Shown piece by piece: positions 24,904 through 34,046 of a DNA stretch of 36,285 nt. The DNA comes from Ferruginibacter sp. GTDB taxonomy: Bacteria > Bacteroidota > Bacteroidia > Chitinophagales > Chitinophagaceae. The stretch lies in the NCBI GenBank assembly GCA_043733065.1, contig JAYTGY010000192.1:1-36285 (forward strand), written 5' to 3'. Made by a program: the position numbers and the translations under genes. Every line of letters begins with the position of its first letter. Within the stretch, counting starts at the first letter, position 1. The notes under the pieces are model-generated. The model ran no database searches. It was not told where the DNA came from and saw only the letters and a list, made by a program, of their open reading frames with translations.

Positions 24904-26052
24904 TTGCAAAATTCAAATACAATACAATCATCTTTTGAGCTATGGCCGTATTCTATTCGTCTTTGCTTTAGACTATTGCTAGTAGTGCTTATAGCTTTAA
25001 TAATTATTCACTGCCAAGCTATATTTGTGCCGCTGTATTTTTCAGTTTTAATATCAATTTTATTGCTACCCATTGCCAATTTTTTAGAAAGGTTGCAAAT
25101 GCCAAGAGCATTAGCAGCTTTAATAGCTGTACTTCTTGCATTTGTTTTATTTGTTGCTATTGTGTATTTACTTTCTGCTCAAATTATAACTTTTTTAAAC
25201 GATATTACAGCTATAAAAAAAAACTTAGCAGACCATTATGAAACTTTGCAACAATGGCTACAACAAAAATTTAGCATTAGTTTATCTCAACAAAAAACTT
25301 TGTTTAATAGTGCCACTGAAAATGTACAATCGTCGGGCATGGTATATGTAAAAGAAACATTTTATACCGTTACACAATCAGTAGCCTTTTCATTGTTTGT
25401 ATTAATATATTCTTTCCTAATACTTTTTTATAGGCACACAATAAAGCGTTTTTTATTAGCGATATTTATTAATCAAGATAAAAAAAGTATTGAAGATGTA
25501 ATAGGCGGTACCAAACAAGTAATGAAAAATTACATGTCGGGTTTGCTAATTGAAATGGCCATTATATCAACATCTAACTCAATTGTATTAATGATTATTG
25601 GAATAAAATATGCCATTTTTTTAGGTGTATTTACTGGGGTTTTAAATATTATGCCGTTTATTGGAATTTACACCGGTATTATTTTTACAGCACTAGTATC
25701 GCTAACCACATCTGCAAACATGAGCCAAATTGCTTGGGTGGTTTTTGGTTTATTAATTGTACATTTTATTGACTCTAATTTTTTAATGCCGAGAATTGTG
25801 GGTTCTAAAGTAAAAATAAATGCGTTGATAACCATGCTTGGTGCTATAGGCGGAGGAATGTTACTCGGTATTCCTGGTGTATTTTTAGCATTGCCCACTA
25901 TTGCTATTTTAAAAATATTGTTCGACAGAATAGAAGGAATGGAAGCTTGGGCAATTTTATTGGGTGATGAAACTCCGTTTCCTGCAAAGAAAATTGTGCA
26001 AAAAATTAATAGCAAACTCACTATTAAAAAACTTACACTTAAAAAAAAGTAA
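24904..26052 (+). CDS. AI-2E (PerM/TqsA) family transporter
   Basis: LLLPIANFLER, NIMPFIG, IDSNFLMPRIVGSKVKIN, GIPGVFLALPTIAILK; TTG start. Confidence 0.92.
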   Translation: MQNSNTIQSSFELWPYSIRLCFRLLLVVLIALIIIHCQAIFVPLYFSVLISILLLPIANFLERLQMPRALAALIAVLLAFVLFVAIVYLLSAQIITFLNDITAIKKNLADHYETLQQWLQQKFSISLSQQKTLFNSATENVQSSGMVYVKETFYTVTQSVAFSLFVLIYSFLILFYRHTIKRFLLAIFINQDKKSIEDVIGGTKQVMKNYMSGLLIEMAIISTSNSIVLMIIGIKYAIFLGVFTGVLNIMPFIGIYTGIIFTALVSLTTSANMSQIAWVVFGLLIVHFIDSNFLMPRIVGSKVKINALITMLGAIGGGMLLGIPGVFLALPTIAILKILFDRIEGMEAWAILLGDETPFPAKKIVQKINSKLTIKKLTLKKK

Positions 26053-26108
26053 TAAATAGTGATGTATAAAATATTATTTCAATTAGCAGCATAATACATA
26101 TTTTAAAC

Positions 26109-26173
26109 TGTGAATGATATAACATTTCGAAAATATTATGTAATACCATCCCAACCAATAAAGTCTAATTTTA
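26109..26173 (+). promoter_or_regulatory. Regulon motif copy 11 plus -7-like box
   Basis: TGTGAATGATATAACATTTCGAAAATATTATGTAAT (26109-26144); TAATTTTA at 26166 (offset 57). Confidence 0.8.
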
Positions 26174-26242
26174 ATAACCTTGACTATGCTCATTATAAAA
26201 ATTTGCATTGGTTAAGCTAATTCTCTATTGCAAAAAAAAATT

Positions 26243-27100
26243 ATGAAAAAAAAGAAATATTTTATCTATATAGTTTTAATTTTTACATTTTTATCATCTT
26301 GCCATCAAAATAAAAATAAATTTTTACCTGCTTCTTCAAGCAGATACGACTTTGAAAACCCAACATTGATAGACCTTCCGGATGGATTAGCGGAAATATC
26401 TGGTGTGGCATTTTATCCAAAAGACTCGTCTGTATTTGCTATTGTAGATGAAGATGGATTGTTATTTAAAATAGGACTCAATAAAGGAAATAAAATAGAG
26501 AAATGGCGCTTCGATAAAAAACGTGATTTTGAAGATATCGTATTACACGATAGTATTTTTTTTGTATTGGTAAGTAATGGTGATGTTGAAACTATTCAAT
26601 TTGGAAAAGGAGATAGTATTGTAACATCGTTATCAGCTTTTCCTGATGCAAGTAAAAAAAGCAACGAATTTGAATCGATGTATTACGATGATACACTAAA
26701 GCAAATGGTTTTATTGTGTAAAAATTGTGAAGATGATGGCAGTAAAATAGTAACCGCCTGGGGGTATGATATTGGCACAAAAAATTATACTCAATCTATA
26801 TATAATATTGAAGTGAATCTTTTAGCACAAAAATTAAATGAAGAAAAATTAAAACTACGCCCATCCGCTACAGCTATAAACCCTATTACCGATGAGTTAT
26901 ACATTCTATCATCTATAAACCACATTATAGTGGTAACTGATAGGCAAGGAAAATATAAAGCGTTGTACAAATTAGATCCAGCTACCTATAAACAAGCAGA
27001 AGGAATTGCATTTACGCCATGGGGCGATATGATAGTTTCTAACGAATCTAAAAATACGGGTTACTCAAATATTTTGATAATAAGAAATAAACAAAAGTGA
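26243..27100 (+). CDS. SdiA-regulated/YjiK-like beta-propeller lipoprotein
   Basis: Lipobox LSSC; LAEISGVAF, AIVDEDG, DFEDI, EFESM, QAEGIAF...SNE repeats; ATG 26243 preferred. Confidence 0.82.
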   Translation: MKKKKYFIYIVLIFTFLSSCHQNKNKFLPASSSRYDFENPTLIDLPDGLAEISGVAFYPKDSSVFAIVDEDGLLFKIGLNKGNKIEKWRFDKKRDFEDIVLHDSIFFVLVSNGDVETIQFGKGDSIVTSLSAFPDASKKSNEFESMYYDDTLKQMVLLCKNCEDDGSKIVTAWGYDIGTKNYTQSIYNIEVNLLAQKLNEEKLKLRPSATAINPITDELYILSSINHIIVVTDRQGKYKALYKLDPATYKQAEGIAFTPWGDMIVSNESKNTGYSNILIIRNKQK

Positions 27101-30100
27101 TTATGAAGAACTTTGCAATAATACTATGCTGTTTGTTTGCATGCGCAAGTGCTGCTATGGCGCAAGATAGTATACAAGCAAGAATAGTACTGATAGGCGA
27201 TGCAGGACAGCTTACCAATGGCAGGCACCCAGTAGTAAACGCTGTAAAAAAATTTATAAAATTGGATGAAAAAACAACCATTATTTTTTTAGGAGACAAT
27301 TTATATAAAACCGGATTGCCAGATAATACATTACCAACATACGATATTGCAAAAGCACCGTTAGATTCTCAAATACAAATTGCAGGCACAAGTAAAGCAA
27401 AAGTTTATTTTGTACCTGGCAATCATGACTGGGCAAATGGAAGGGCTATAGGATACGAATCTATTTTAAGGGTACAATCTTACATTGATTATTTAGGAAA
27501 TGAGAATGTGATGATGTATCCTCGAGATGGATGCCCAGGGCCAGAAGAAGTAAAGATAAGCAACGATATTATTTTGGTAATGATGGATAGCCAATGGTGG
27601 TTACACGAAAAAGAAAAGCCTGGTGTAGAATCTGATTGCCCTTACAAAACAAAAGCAGAAGTATTAGCGCAATTAGATGATATTTTATCTAAAAATTCTA
27701 ATAAAATGATTTTACTCGCCATGCATCATCCATTTAGAAGTTACAGCCCACATGGTGGCTATTTTACTTTTAAGCAACACATTTTTCCATTTACTGATGC
27801 AATAGACAATCTCTATATACCCTTACCTGTATTGGGTTCTGTGTATCCACTTACAAGAGCAGTGTTTGGTACTGCCCAAGATCTAAAACATCCGCTTTAT
27901 CAAACAATGATAACCGATATAGAGAAAGTAGTAAAGGGAAATAAGAATGTTGTATTCGTAGCTGGGCACGACCATTCATTGCAATTAATACGAGATAGTG
28001 GTTACAATTATATAGTAAGTGGTAGCGGTAGCAAACATACCAGAGTTTCTAAAAGTAAAAACACTTTGTATGCTATGGCTAAAAATGGTTTTGTAACATT
28101 AGATGTTTCTAAAAATAAAAACGTAACTGCAAAAGTATATGTGGTAGATGGAGATTCGGTAAAAATGGATTATATAAATGATACCATTTTAAATTTTTCT
28201 AAAATTAATTTACCAAAAAGTAAAGATACTACAAGGCAAGTAGAATATAAATTTAAAGATAGTGTAGTCATTTCTGCAAGTGATAAGTATAAAGCAAATA
28301 CTGGATTTCGCAAAACCTTTCTTGGCAATAATTATAGAAAAGAATGGAGCATGCCTATTGCCATGAAAGAATTTAATATAAGAAAAGAAAAAGGTGGGCT
28401 TACCATAAAAAGCTTAGGTGGTGGACAACAAACAAAGTCATTGCAACTTCTAGATAAAAAAGGTATAGAGTGGACATTGAGAAGTGTTGACAAAGACCCT
28501 GAAAAAGCAATGCCAGCAAATCTAAGAGGAAGCATTGCACAAAACATTGTGCAAGACTTGATATCTGCTAGCAACCCTTATGCGCCACTCGTAGTAGCAG
28601 AATTAGCTAAAGCAGCAGACATTATAACGCCTGAGCCAGAATTGTTTTTTGTACCAGATGATTATGCATTTGGCCAATACAGAGCATTATTTGCCAACAC
28701 TGTAGTGATGTTGGAAAACAGAAATCCTGAAAAGAATGCAGAGGACGATAAAAGCACCAACAAAATAATTAATAAAATGCTGGAAGATAATGACCATCAT
28801 GTGGACCAAGAAAAAGTATTAAATGCTCGTTTGTTAGATATATTAATTGCCGACTTTGATAGGCATGCAGGCCAATGGAAATGGGGCACGGGAGATACTG
28901 GCAAAGGAAAACTATATTATCCAATACCAAGAGATAGGGATCAAGCATTTTTTAATTCGGATGGATTATTGGTAAAATATATTTCTAGAAAAAAAATGCC
29001 TTTTTTAGGAGGTTTTAAAAGTCATATAAAAAAAATAAATTGGTTTAATTACAATGCAAGAGATTTTGATAGAACATTTTTAAACAATTTAGATGAAACA
29101 AAATGGATAGAAATAACAAAAACTTTTCAACAAAAAATTTCTGATGGAGTAATACACAACGCAGTGAAAAAATTTCCAAAAGAAATTGCCGCCTTAGATT
29201 CTCAAATTATTGCTACCAAATTAATAAGCAGAAGAAATGATTTAGGTAAACAAGCATTGATATACTATAAATTTATTTCGAATACTGTTTCTGTAACTGG
29301 TAGTAATAAGTCAGAGTATTTTCACATAACGAAAAATCCATTGGGCTTACAACTTACGGTATATAAAAAGCTTGATGCTACTGACTCTGCATCGATAATG
29401 TACAAAAGAATATTTGATGAAAAAGTAACAAAAGAAATAAGATTATACGGCTTAAATGGTGATGATAAATTTGAAATAGATGAAGATGTATCTTCCAAAA
29501 TAAAAATTAGAATTATTGGTGGTAAAGGCAGCGATAGCTTTAATTTAAAAGGAAATGTGCGTAATTTTATTTACGATTTATCAACAGAAAAAAATGTAAA
29601 AATAAATTTGAGAAGAACGAAGCAAGAATTTTCAACTAGTTACACCGTAAACGAATATAGAAGCACTGGTTTTCAATACAACAAAAAAAGTTTTCCGCAA
29701 ATTAATTTAGGGTACAATGAAGAAGATAAGATTTTGGTTGGTATCGGCTTTTCGAGGAGATCATTTGGGTTTAGAAAAGAACCTTATGCAACAGATCAAA
29801 AGCTTGTAACGCTCTACGCACCTTCAGAAGGAGCGTATAAGCTAAAATACGAAGCTGCATTTACAAAATTAGTTTTTAACAAAGACCTTGTTATTCATTC
29901 AGAATATGTAAACCCAACATTAAATAACTTTTTTGGTTTTGGCAATGAATCGGTGTACGACAAAATAAATAACAGTGCGTTTTATAAAGTACGATACAAA
30001 TTTGTTGAAACCGATTTACTTTTTAGAGAAAGGTTTAATGATATAATACAATTGTCTATTGGCCCAACATATTATCATTATTGGAGTAGGTATAAAGACA

Positions 30101-30747
30101 ATGATAAAAGAATATTAGGCAACCCAACCGTAATTGGTACAGACTCTTTAGGCGTTTATGGTAAAAAACAATTTTTTGGGGGTAAATTAAAATTAGACAT
30201 CAGTTATTTAAATAATGAAATATTTCCTACACGTGGCATAACTTGGTTTACCGAATTTGCTTCGCTGCGAGGTTTCAATTCCATTACACATGCACTTACA
30301 AAACTTACATCTGACATGACCATTTATGCAAGTATAAGCGATAACTCCAGAGTAAGTGCTGTTTTGCATTTTGGCGGTGGACATATTTTTAGCAAGCAAT
30401 TCGAATACTTTCAGGCGCTTAATTTAGGTGCAAATAATTTTTTAAGAGGCTATAGAAAAAATAGATTTTCAGGCTCATCCATTGCATATGCAAGTACAGA
30501 CTTGAGGTTAAAATTATTTAAATCACAATCATATATACTGCCCGGAGATGTAGGCTTAGTGGGCTTTTACGATTTAGGCAAAGTGTGGCAGCGTGGAGAA
30601 ATATCTAGAAAATGGCATGGTGATTTTGGAGGTGGAATATATTATGTGCCATACAATTTAGTTATGCTGTCACTTACAGTAGCTAAATCTCCAGAAGACA
30701 ATTTGTTCAATTTTACTTTGGGAACAAAATTTAAATTAAATTTTTAA
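27097..30747 (+). CDS. Calcineurin-like metallophosphoesterase fused to a kinase-like middle domain and a BamA/TamA (Omp85)-type beta-barrel
   Basis: Signal peptide; GDAG, LGDNLY, PGNHDW, MHHP, AGHDH; LRGYRKNRFSG, FYDLGKVW, GGGIYY, C-terminal Phe. Confidence 0.88.
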   Translation: MIMKNFAIILCCLFACASAAMAQDSIQARIVLIGDAGQLTNGRHPVVNAVKKFIKLDEKTTIIFLGDNLYKTGLPDNTLPTYDIAKAPLDSQIQIAGTSKAKVYFVPGNHDWANGRAIGYESILRVQSYIDYLGNENVMMYPRDGCPGPEEVKISNDIILVMMDSQWWLHEKEKPGVESDCPYKTKAEVLAQLDDILSKNSNKMILLAMHHPFRSYSPHGGYFTFKQHIFPFTDAIDNLYIPLPVLGSVYPLTRAVFGTAQDLKHPLYQTMITDIEKVVKGNKNVVFVAGHDHSLQLIRDSGYNYIVSGSGSKHTRVSKSKNTLYAMAKNGFVTLDVSKNKNVTAKVYVVDGDSVKMDYINDTILNFSKINLPKSKDTTRQVEYKFKDSVVISASDKYKANTGFRKTFLGNNYRKEWSMPIAMKEFNIRKEKGGLTIKSLGGGQQTKSLQLLDKKGIEWTLRSVDKDPEKAMPANLRGSIAQNIVQDLISASNPYAPLVVAELAKAADIITPEPELFFVPDDYAFGQYRALFANTVVMLENRNPEKNAEDDKSTNKIINKMLEDNDHHVDQEKVLNARLLDILIADFDRHAGQWKWGTGDTGKGKLYYPIPRDRDQAFFNSDGLLVKYISRKKMPFLGGFKSHIKKINWFNYNARDFDRTFLNNLDETKWIEITKTFQQKISDGVIHNAVKKFPKEIAALDSQIIATKLISRRNDLGKQALIYYKFISNTVSVTGSNKSEYFHITKNPLGLQLTVYKKLDATDSASIMYKRIFDEKVTKEIRLYGLNGDDKFEIDEDVSSKIKIRIIGGKGSDSFNLKGNVRNFIYDLSTEKNVKINLRRTKQEFSTSYTVNEYRSTGFQYNKKSFPQINLGYNEEDKILVGIGFSRRSFGFRKEPYATDQKLVTLYAPSEGAYKLKYEAAFTKLVFNKDLVIHSEYVNPTLNNFFGFGNESVYDKINNSAFYKVRYKFVETDLLFRERFNDIIQLSIGPTYYHYWSRYKDNDKRILGNPTVIGTDSLGVYGKKQFFGGKLKLDISYLNNEIFPTRGITWFTEFASLRGFNSITHALTKLTSDMTIYASISDNSRVSAVLHFGGGHIFSKQFEYFQALNLGANNFLRGYRKNRFSGSSIAYASTDLRLKLFKSQSYILPGDVGLVGFYDLGKVWQRGEISRKWHGDFGGGIYYVPYNLVMLSLTVAKSPEDNLFNFTLGTKFKLNF

Positions 30748-30756
30748 AAAACGATA

Positions 30757-31986
30757 ATGGAATTAAATAATTTGTACAAAAAGACCGAGCAATATGTAAC
30801 TGATTTGTACAACAAAAATCAGAATGTAAACCTTGTATATCACAACCTTGAGCATACAAAACAAGTTGCAGAAAGAACAAAAGAAATAGCGGGTCATTAT
30901 TATTTAAATGAGCAAGACATGCTTGCAGTCTATATTGCTGCTTGGTTTCATGATACTGGATATTTATTTACAGATCATCTTCACCACGAAGAAAAAAGTA
31001 TAGAACTGATGCATGTTTTTATGAAAGCAAACACTACAGATGAAGCATTAGCCAGTAAAGTTGAAGATTATATTTTAGCAACAAAGCTTCCACACAAGCA
31101 TGAAAGCTTACCAGAACAAATTATTTGCGATGCAGACGCTTATCATTTTGGAACAAAAAAATTTAAAGAAAGCAATATAAAAGTATGGGAAGAAACCAAA
31201 CTAACAGGTGGTATATATACAGAAAGAGAATGGTGCATGAAAACATTGGAAATGCTATGCACTCATGAATATTATACAAAATATTGCAAAGATTTGTTGA
31301 AAGAAGGGAAACAAAAAAACATGAAAAAGTTAGAAAAAAATGCAGCAAAACTTACAAAAGTAGAAGCTGAATTTTTAAACTTAAATGATATAGAAAAAGA
31401 TAAAACAGGTTTAATGTCAAAAGGCATTCAAACCATGCTTAGAACCACCTCAGAAGGCCACTTAAAATTGAGCGACATGGCAGATAGCAAAGCAAATATT
31501 TTAATATCTGTAAATGCCATTATTATATCTGTAATATTAGGTGTGCTGTTAAGAAAATTAGAAGAAGTGCCTTATTTAACTATACCTACATTAATATTTT
31601 TATTGGTGGCAGTAGTCACCATTGTTATTTCAATCATTGCTACTAGGCCCAAGCTTGGCAGCGGCATTTTTACTAGGCAAGAAGTATTAGAAAAGAAAAT
31701 AAATTTATTATTTTTTGGGAATTTTTATAAAATATCTTTTGAAGAATATGATATTGCCATGCGTGAAATGATGCAGGATACTGATTATCTATATGGCTCA
31801 CTGATAAAAGATATTTACACTTTGGGAACAGTATTGGGCAGAAAATACAAATTGATACGGCTTGCCTATAATATTTTTATGGTAGGTATCATTACTTCAG
31901 TGTTGTCCTTTGGTATAGCTTATTTCTTTTTTCACACAGCTAGTAATCATACAGCCATTACCAGTGGCGCAGGTTCCCCTTTTTAA
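30757..31986 (+). CDS. HD-domain protein fused to a Pycsar-effector-like (DUF5706) TM domain
   Basis: YHNLEH, AWFHDTGY, HEEKS, ICDAD; MADSKANILISVNAIII, ATRP, LLFFGNF, RKYKLIRLAY; three TM segments. Confidence 0.85.
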   Translation: MELNNLYKKTEQYVTDLYNKNQNVNLVYHNLEHTKQVAERTKEIAGHYYLNEQDMLAVYIAAWFHDTGYLFTDHLHHEEKSIELMHVFMKANTTDEALASKVEDYILATKLPHKHESLPEQIICDADAYHFGTKKFKESNIKVWEETKLTGGIYTEREWCMKTLEMLCTHEYYTKYCKDLLKEGKQKNMKKLEKNAAKLTKVEAEFLNLNDIEKDKTGLMSKGIQTMLRTTSEGHLKLSDMADSKANILISVNAIIISVILGVLLRKLEEVPYLTIPTLIFLLVAVVTIVISIIATRPKLGSGIFTRQEVLEKKINLLFFGNFYKISFEEYDIAMREMMQDTDYLYGSLIKDIYTLGTVLGRKYKLIRLAYNIFMVGIITSVLSFGIAYFFFHTASNHTAITSGAGSPF

Positions 31987-31997
31987 TCTAATAAATT

Positions 31998-34046
31998 ATG
32001 CTACAAAATAGAGATTTAAGTTGGCTAGACTTTAACCATAGTGTACTACAAGAGGCATCGAATGCGGGTTTACCGTTGTTTGAAAGAATGAAATTCCTTT
32101 CCATTTTTTCAAGTAACCTTGATGAGTTTTTTAGAGTACGTTACCCAGCAGTTGTTACTTTATCTAAATTAAACAATAAGATAAAAGCCAAAGCCAGTAT
32201 AAACAATACAGATGATCTTGCTGAAAAAATACAAGCTCAAGTAAATCATCACCTAAATGAATTTGGGCGTATTCTTACCAAAGAGATTATTCCATTGTTA
32301 GACCAAAATGGGATAGTATTTTATTACAATGCTGACATTAAAGAAGCGCATAAAAAAGAAATAAAAGAAATATTTTTTTGCAAGGTACTGGCATTTTTGC
32401 AACCTGTTTTTTTAAATGGGAATGATGGTCATCATTTTTTGCCAGAAAATAATCAACTATATTTTGTGGTTACCATGCAAGAAAGCGATGGCACAACCCT
32501 AAAACAAGCTGTTGTAAATATTCCTTCAAATAAAGTGCAGCGTTTTTTTACTTTATCGCCTATAGATGGAAAAGAGCATGTAATATTTGTAGATGATATT
32601 ATAAGAGAAAATATGAATTTTCTATTTCCCAATGTAGAAATTGTAAGCGTACATAGTTTCAAATTTAATAGAGATGCTGAGTTAAATTTAGCTGATGAAT
32701 ACAGAGGAAACTTGTTAGATAAAATTGAAAAGAATTTAAAGAAAAGAGACATTGGATTACCATCACGCTTTTTGTATGAAAATAAAATGCCTCATCACAT
32801 TCAACTTTTTTTAGCAAACGCATTTTCTGTAAAGCACGAAGATATGTTTGCTGGCGGCAGGTATCATCACTTAAGTGACTTGTCTGCTTTTCCAATTTTT
32901 GATAGAGATTTAGAACTTCAAAAATTTACATCTCTTGTAGATAATCCGATAAAAAGTTGTGGAGAAATTTTTAAAGTGCTTGATGTGAAAGATGTATTGT
33001 TGCATTTGCCTTACCAATCTTATAATCCTGTATTATCATTTTTTAGCCAAGTGGCTGTAGATGCCGCTGTAACTGATATCTACATTACTTTGTATAGGTT
33101 GGCGCCAGATTCTTTAATAGCACATGCATTAATAAGTGCTGCCAAAAATGGGAAAAATGTAGTAGTGTTTATAGAACTAAAAGCAAGATTTGATGAGGCC
33201 AATAATATAAAATGGAGTAGATTAATGAAGGCTGCAGGCATAAAGCTTGTGTATAGTTTACCACAAATAAAAGTACACTCAAAAATTGCTTTAGTAAAGA
33301 AAAAAATGGGTGGAGAAAAAATGACTTATGCCATATTAAGTACTGGTAATCTTAATGAAGTAACCGCAAAGTATTATACAGACCATGTTTTAATGACATC
33401 GAATATTGGCATAATACAAGAAATGGCGTTGTTGTTTAACTTTTTAGAGCATGGTCAAAAAAATGCATTTGAAGAAAAAATAAAGTTTCAACAATTGTTA
33501 GTATCACAGTTCAATCTTATAGACGAATTAGAAAAAAGAATTAACACAGAAATAAAAAAAGCAAAAAAAGGATTGCCAGCTCTAATAAGAATAAAAGTAA
33601 ACAACCTTGAAGAACCTAACATCATAAGATTGTTGTACAAAGCAAATAAAGCCGGAGTAAATATAGAATTGCTTGTTAGAAGCATTTGCTGCATTGTACC
33701 AGGCATTATAGGCATGAGTGAGCATATTACTGTACGCCGCATTGTAGATCGATTTTTAGAGCACTCTCGTTTGTTTATTTTTGGGGAAGATAATGAGGCT
33801 TTTGTTTATATGGGTTCGGCAGATTTAATGACAAGAAATCTTTATTACAGAATAGAAGTGTGCGTACCAATAAAAGACACCATATGCAAACAAGAGTTGT
33901 TAGATTATTTTAATATGCAATGGGCAGACACTAGTAAGGCCGTGCAATTACTCGCAGATTATACGCATGTGAGGGTAGAAGGCAATGATATAGAAAAAGA
34001 AAATGCTCAAAGCAATATTTATGAATATTTGAAAAACAAGTTATGA
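31998..34046 (+). CDS. ppk1: Polyphosphate kinase 1
   Basis: NRDLSWLDFN, SSNLDEFFRVR, TLYR, ELKARFDEANNI, KVHSK, STGN, DRFLEHSR, GSADLMTRNL. Confidence 0.96.
   Translation: MLQNRDLSWLDFNHSVLQEASNAGLPLFERMKFLSIFSSNLDEFFRVRYPAVVTLSKLNNKIKAKASINNTDDLAEKIQAQVNHHLNEFGRILTKEIIPLLDQNGIVFYYNADIKEAHKKEIKEIFFCKVLAFLQPVFLNGNDGHHFLPENNQLYFVVTMQESDGTTLKQAVVNIPSNKVQRFFTLSPIDGKEHVIFVDDIIRENMNFLFPNVEIVSVHSFKFNRDAELNLADEYRGNLLDKIEKNLKKRDIGLPSRFLYENKMPHHIQLFLANAFSVKHEDMFAGGRYHHLSDLSAFPIFDRDLELQKFTSLVDNPIKSCGEIFKVLDVKDVLLHLPYQSYNPVLSFFSQVAVDAAVTDIYITLYRLAPDSLIAHALISAAKNGKNVVVFIELKARFDEANNIKWSRLMKAAGIKLVYSLPQIKVHSKIALVKKKMGGEKMTYAILSTGNLNEVTAKYYTDHVLMTSNIGIIQEMALLFNFLEHGQKNAFEEKIKFQQLLVSQFNLIDELEKRINTEIKKAKKGLPALIRIKVNNLEEPNIIRLLYKANKAGVNIELLVRSICCIVPGIIGMSEHITVRRIVDRFLEHSRLFIFGEDNEAFVYMGSADLMTRNLYYRIEVCVPIKDTICKQELLDYFNMQWADTSKAVQLLADYTHVRVEGNDIEKENAQSNIYEYLKNKL

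Noticed and set aside
33325-33360. PPK1 lacks the His of the E. coli YAHIGTGN segment (reads YAILSTGN)
   Set aside because: The autophosphorylated His motif (KVHSK) and LEHSR are intact, so this is not evidence of inactivation
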